Part shown: positions 34,010-37,834 of the stretch, piece after piece
Numbering within the stretch: position 1 is the stretch's first letter
How the letters are laid out: each line of letters begins with the position of its first letter
Origin: Callorhinchus milii
Taxonomy: Eukaryota
NCBI RefSeq assembly: GCF_018977255.1
Contig: NW_024705516.1
Span: 1 to 37,834 of the forward strand
Reading direction: 5' to 3'
Length of the DNA: 37,834 nucleotides
Notes under the pieces: model-generated
What the model saw: only the letters and a program-made list of their open reading frames with translations
Databases searched by the model: none
Told to the model about the DNA's origin: nothing
Program-made: the position numbers and the translations under genes

Positions 34010-35583
34010 TAGACGTAGAATCCACTGGTTCTTCACGTTCTGCAGATGTAGATGCCACTGGTTCTTCACGTTTTGTACATGTAGATGCCACTGGTTCTTC
34101 ACGTTATGTAGATGTAGATGCCACTGGTTCTTCACGTTCTGCAGATGTAGATGCCACTGGTTCTTCACGTTCTGTAGATGTAGATGCCACTGGTTCTTCA
34201 CCTTCTGCAGATGTAGATGCCACTGGTTCTTCACGTTCTGCAGATGTAGATGCCACCAGGGATGGTTTCTTCATTAGGGCGATTGGGCGACGCACCACCA
34301 ATGTCATTCAACCACAGAGTCACGCTAGCCGTCACTGTGCCTCTGGATATAGTCCAATCAGCGTCATGTCACGTTCTGTGGAGTACCGCCTCTTTTGGGC
34401 GATTTCACTCCGGCTGAGAATCGCCCCGAGTGTCCCATAGACTTACATTCAAAGATGTTTTTTTTCGAACGGGGGCGCTGCAATGCATTCTCTATGGCTT
34501 CCGGGAGGGCTCGCCCTAACGTGCTTACGTCATCATACGTGCTTACGTCATCATACGTAAGCACGTTTCATCCAACAATATAATTTGTGCCACCTAGTGG
34601 AATCTTTAATAAAATAAACTTGAGTGGTTTGTTTTAATAGTGAGTATAGAAACAAACAAGATGTATTGTAAGAGTCACTTTATTTTTCATTAATATTAAA
34701 GAAGTGAAGTTGCCTTTACATGCTTAAGCTGTTAATTTATCCATTGCATGGGTGGACCTTATCCTTATCAATCATCCAGACATTTGCCCCCCCTGAGAGA
34801 TTTTGCAGGAGCCGCCACTGGATGCCACTGGTTCTTCACGTTCTGTAGATGTAGATGTCATTGGTTCTTCACGTTCTGTAGATGTAGATGCCATTGGTTC
34901 TTCACGTTCTGCAGATGTAGATGCCACTGGCTCTTCACGTTCTGTAATAGTAGATGCCATTGGTTCTTCACGTTGTGCAGATGTAGATGCCACTGGTTCT
35001 TCACGTTCTGCAGATGTAGATGCCACTGGTTCTTCACGTTGTGCAGATGTAGATGCCACTGGTTCTTCACGTTCTGTAGATGTAGATGCCATTGGTTCTT
35101 CACGTTCTGCAGATGTCGATGCCACTGGTTCTTCACGTTCTGTAGATGCCACTGGTTCTTCACGTTCTGTAGATGTAGATGCCATTGGTTCTTCACGTTC
35201 TGCAGATGTAGATGCCACTGGCTCTTCACGTTCTGTAAATGTAGATGCCATTGGTTCTTCACGTTGTGCAGATATAGATGCTACTGGTTCTTCACGTTGT
35301 GCAGATGTAGATGCCACTGGTTCTTCACGTTGTGCAGATGTAGATGCCACTGGTTCTTCACGTTCTGCAGATGTAGATGCCACTGGTTCTTCACGTTCTG
35401 TAGATGTAGATGCCACTGGTTCTTCGCGTTCTGCAGATGTAGATGCCATTGGTTCTTCACGTTCTGCAGATGTAGATGCCACTGGTTCTTCACGTTCTGT
35501 AGATGTAGATGCCACTGGTTCTTCACGTTCTGTAGATGTAGATGCCACTGGTTCTTCACGTTTTATAGATGTGGATGCCACCA
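34010..35583. repeat. 33-bp minisatellite (GATGCCACTGGTTCTTCACGTTCTGCAGATGTA), split in two by an insertion
   Basis: About 7 units at 34010-34256 and about 23 units at 34821-35583. Confidence 0.97.
34257..34820. mobile_element. 564-bp hAT-like non-autonomous element inserted in the minisatellite
   Basis: 8-bp duplication GATGCCAC at 34249-34256 and 34821-34828. Degenerate TIR CAGGGATGGTTTCT / CAGTGGCGGCTCCT. Confidence 0.6.
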
Positions 35584-35768
35584 CTGTCATCTATTGTGCG
35601 TGGAGGTTGAACTTACGACTCTCATTCCAAACGGGCAACTGGACAAACGGGACAGGTTATTTGATCATCTCTCAAAGTCCTGAAGTTGAATTCTAAGTGA
35701 CACTAGTTGCCCGTACAAACTAGAACGTTTCCCCGCAGCGGCGTCTTTGCATCTGAGCGGCGTTCACG

Positions 35769-36070
35769 ATGAGCTGGGGCTACCTGACACAGCTGCTGGA
35801 GGAGGTTCACCGACACTCCACATTCCTGAGCAAGCTGTGGATCACCACCTTCCTCATCTTCCGCATCGTTCTCACGACGGTGGCCGGCGAGTCGATCTAC
35901 TACGACGAGCAAGGCCGCTTCACGTGCAACACGGCGCAGCCCGGCTGCGAGAACGTTTGCTACGACAGCTTCGCGCCACTATCGCACGTCCGCTTCTGGG
36001 TGTTCCAGATCATCGCCGTCGCCACGCCCACCATCCTGTACCTCGGCTTCGCTGTTCATCGCATCACCAG
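35769..36070 (+). CDS. Gamma-group connexin (GJC1/Cx45 or GJC2/Cx47-like), coding exon 1: N-terminus, TM1, EL1, TM2
   Basis: [82 protein letters not shown] contains the connexin C-x6-C-x3-C EL1 motif and the GJC-type MSW..L..LLEE and GESIYYDEQ. Acceptor ccccgcag at 35738 lies just upstream of the ATG. Donor AG|gtacac at 36071, phase 2. Confidence 0.95.
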
Positions 36071-36123
36071 GTACACACGTCCCCGGAGGGAGTGTTTCAC
36101 AGCGGGGGGGGAATTTGGATTCT

Positions 36124-36418
36124 AGACACAGACACACGCAGACACACACAGACACACGCACACACAGACACACGCAGACACACGCACACACAGACACACG
36201 CACGTGCACGCAGACACACACACAGACACACGCGCACACACGCACAGACACACACAGACACACGCAGACACACGCAGACGGGGCCACACGCAGACACACA
36301 CAGACACACGCAGACACACACAGACATACGCAGACACACGCAGACACACACGCACACAGACACACGCAGACACACACAGACACACACAGACACACACAGA
36401 CACATGCAGACACACACA
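36124..36418. repeat. (CA/CAGA)n microsatellite in the connexin intron
   Basis: Low-complexity tract. Confidence 0.95.
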
Positions 36419-36736
36419 AAGGCCGTCGGGATAAGTGCTTCTCGCGAGCGGCGCTTCAAAGCCCCCGAGGGGGTCTGTGGCCAGAGCCACGCCGGCTGCG
36501 TTTGCCTCCCCGGTTGGCGAAGTTCTTGCACGTCGCACCAGGTGCTCACTTGACACTTCAAGCGTCTCTCGGAGGCGACAATCGGGAGTGGGATCCCGGA
36601 CAGCGCCGTGTCCGTCTCTGTTGGTCGTCGTGATGTCGCGTTTCGCAGCGAGCGAGCACTTACACTTTCACTCGCCCCCGACGCTTCACACCGGGACTTG
36701 AACGGCGCCGCCGCCGCCGCTCTCTGCCGTGGTCAG

Positions 36737-37235
36737 GATCGAGCTCAAGCGAGACCAACGGAACAAGCGGGCCAAGCGAGTCGACCGCGCGGTTGAATGC
36801 ACGGAGGAGGTGGAGGTGGAGGAGGAGGAGGAGGAGGTGGAGGAGGAGGAGGTGGTGGAGGAGGAGGAGGAGGTGGAGGAGAAGGGTGAAGAAGAGGGCA
36901 AGCGGGAGCCTTGGCAACACAACGAGCGTTGGAGGATCAAAACTGACGGCCTGATGGTAGCCTACACCCTCCAGCTGCTCGCCCGCACGCTGGCCGAGAT
37001 TGGCTTCCTGCTGGGGCAATACCTGCTCTACGGCTTTGAGGTGGCCCCACGCTTTCAGTGCGTCCGCGACCCCTGCCCGAATCGTGTCGACTGCTTCGTG
37101 TCGCGCCCCACGGAGAAGACCATCTTCCTTCTGGTCATGTACACGGTCGCCTGTCTCAGCCTCCTGCTGGAACTGTCCGAGATTTGCTACCTGGGGCTGG
37201 GCGCCCTCCACGACTCGCTGAGCGGGAGCAGGTGA
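36737..37235 (+). CDS. Gamma-group connexin coding exon 2: poly-Glu cytoplasmic loop, TM3, EL2, TM4. Ends at stop 37235 or splices at 37231
   Basis: Acceptor ctctctgccgtggtcag|G is phase-compatible with exon 1 (AG+G = Arg). [35 protein letters not shown]...[25 protein letters not shown] matches the GJC1 TM3-EL2 region. A consensus donor CAG|GTGAGG at 37231/37232 overlaps the TGA. Confidence 0.93.
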
Positions 37236-37449
37236 GGGGGCACACGGGGGGGGGGGGCACGCGGGGGGGGGCACGCGGGGGGGGGCGCGAACGACGCCTT
37301 GTCGGAGGTAGATAATAGTTTTTTCACCGATGGTTCATGCTTCAGCCCACCGTCGTGTTGCAGAGCAAATGCACTGGTCTGTCTGTTGTCCGCCTGATGA
37401 TGCTGGTTGTGATCACTGGACGAAGCGTCGTACTCAGATTGTAGATCGT

Positions 37450-37834
37450 TGGAACCTCATTTGCCAGTAAAAAATATGATAATTGGTTTTTTACCCTTCT
37501 GTCTGGCAACAAAACTGACACCTTTTTTACAAGGAGTCATGTTTGCATAGACCACAATACCTGCGGTTGGAATGCAAACAAAAAACACAACTCTGATAAT
37601 GTATGCACTGTCCTTGAAGTTGATTGGTCCACACCCGAGACAGCTTTCCTTAGAGCCTAGTCTCACATGGTGTTGAATCAGATGATGCCAAAAGGCGCAC
37701 AACTCAAAGACAACGCACCATCAGAGTATGAGAGCTCGGGTGAAGCATTTACACCATTGGAACCTCATTTGCCAGTAAAAAATATGATAATTGGTGTCAG
37801 TTTTGTTGCCAGATAGAAGGGTAAAAAACCAATG
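37450..37834 (-). repeat. Same ~306-bp repeat family, reverse orientation
   Basis: Reverse complement of 6254-6740. ggaacctcatttgccag occurs at 37451 and 37759. Confidence 0.9.

Noticed and set aside
35747..36633. Read-through or alternate-frame ORFs over connexin exon 1
   Set aside because: They are explained by the GC-rich exon plus the intronic microsatellite. The spliced model restores a full four-TM connexin.

Overview
Repeat-rich vertebrate genomic DNA. The very GC-rich codons, V-SINE-type repeats, Penelope-type repeats and long (CA)/(GAGT) microsatellites suggest a lamprey or other cyclostome (inference). Two protein-coding genes are supportable. (1) The last two coding exons of a ZEB1/ZEB2-family zinc-finger gene lie on the - strand (11577-11388 and 9597-9296). 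They are followed by a probable 3'UTR running to ~6880 with miR-200-family 8-mer sites. (2) A gamma-type (GJC1/GJC2-like) connexin lies on the + strand (35769-36070 and 36737-37231/37235), with its coding region split by introns. The window holds many Penelope-like (PLE) insertions that share an inverted-pLTR + ~35-nt tail + TSD architecture. Several carry minimal type I hammerhead ribozyme motifs (CTGANGA-stem II-GAAACGTC) with compensatory stem changes between copies, and two intact ones lie in sense orientation in the predicted ZEB 3'UTR. Also present are hAT, Chapaev3-like and Helentron-type MITEs, two LTR-like elements, SINEs, and 20-, 33-, 101-, 132- and ~306-bp tandem repeats. A 30-N gap (11685-11714) is followed by ~7.7 kb (11715-19459) of featureless, random-looking sequence unlike the rest of the window. 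That block may be an artefact or shuffled/synthetic DNA, and I call no features in it.
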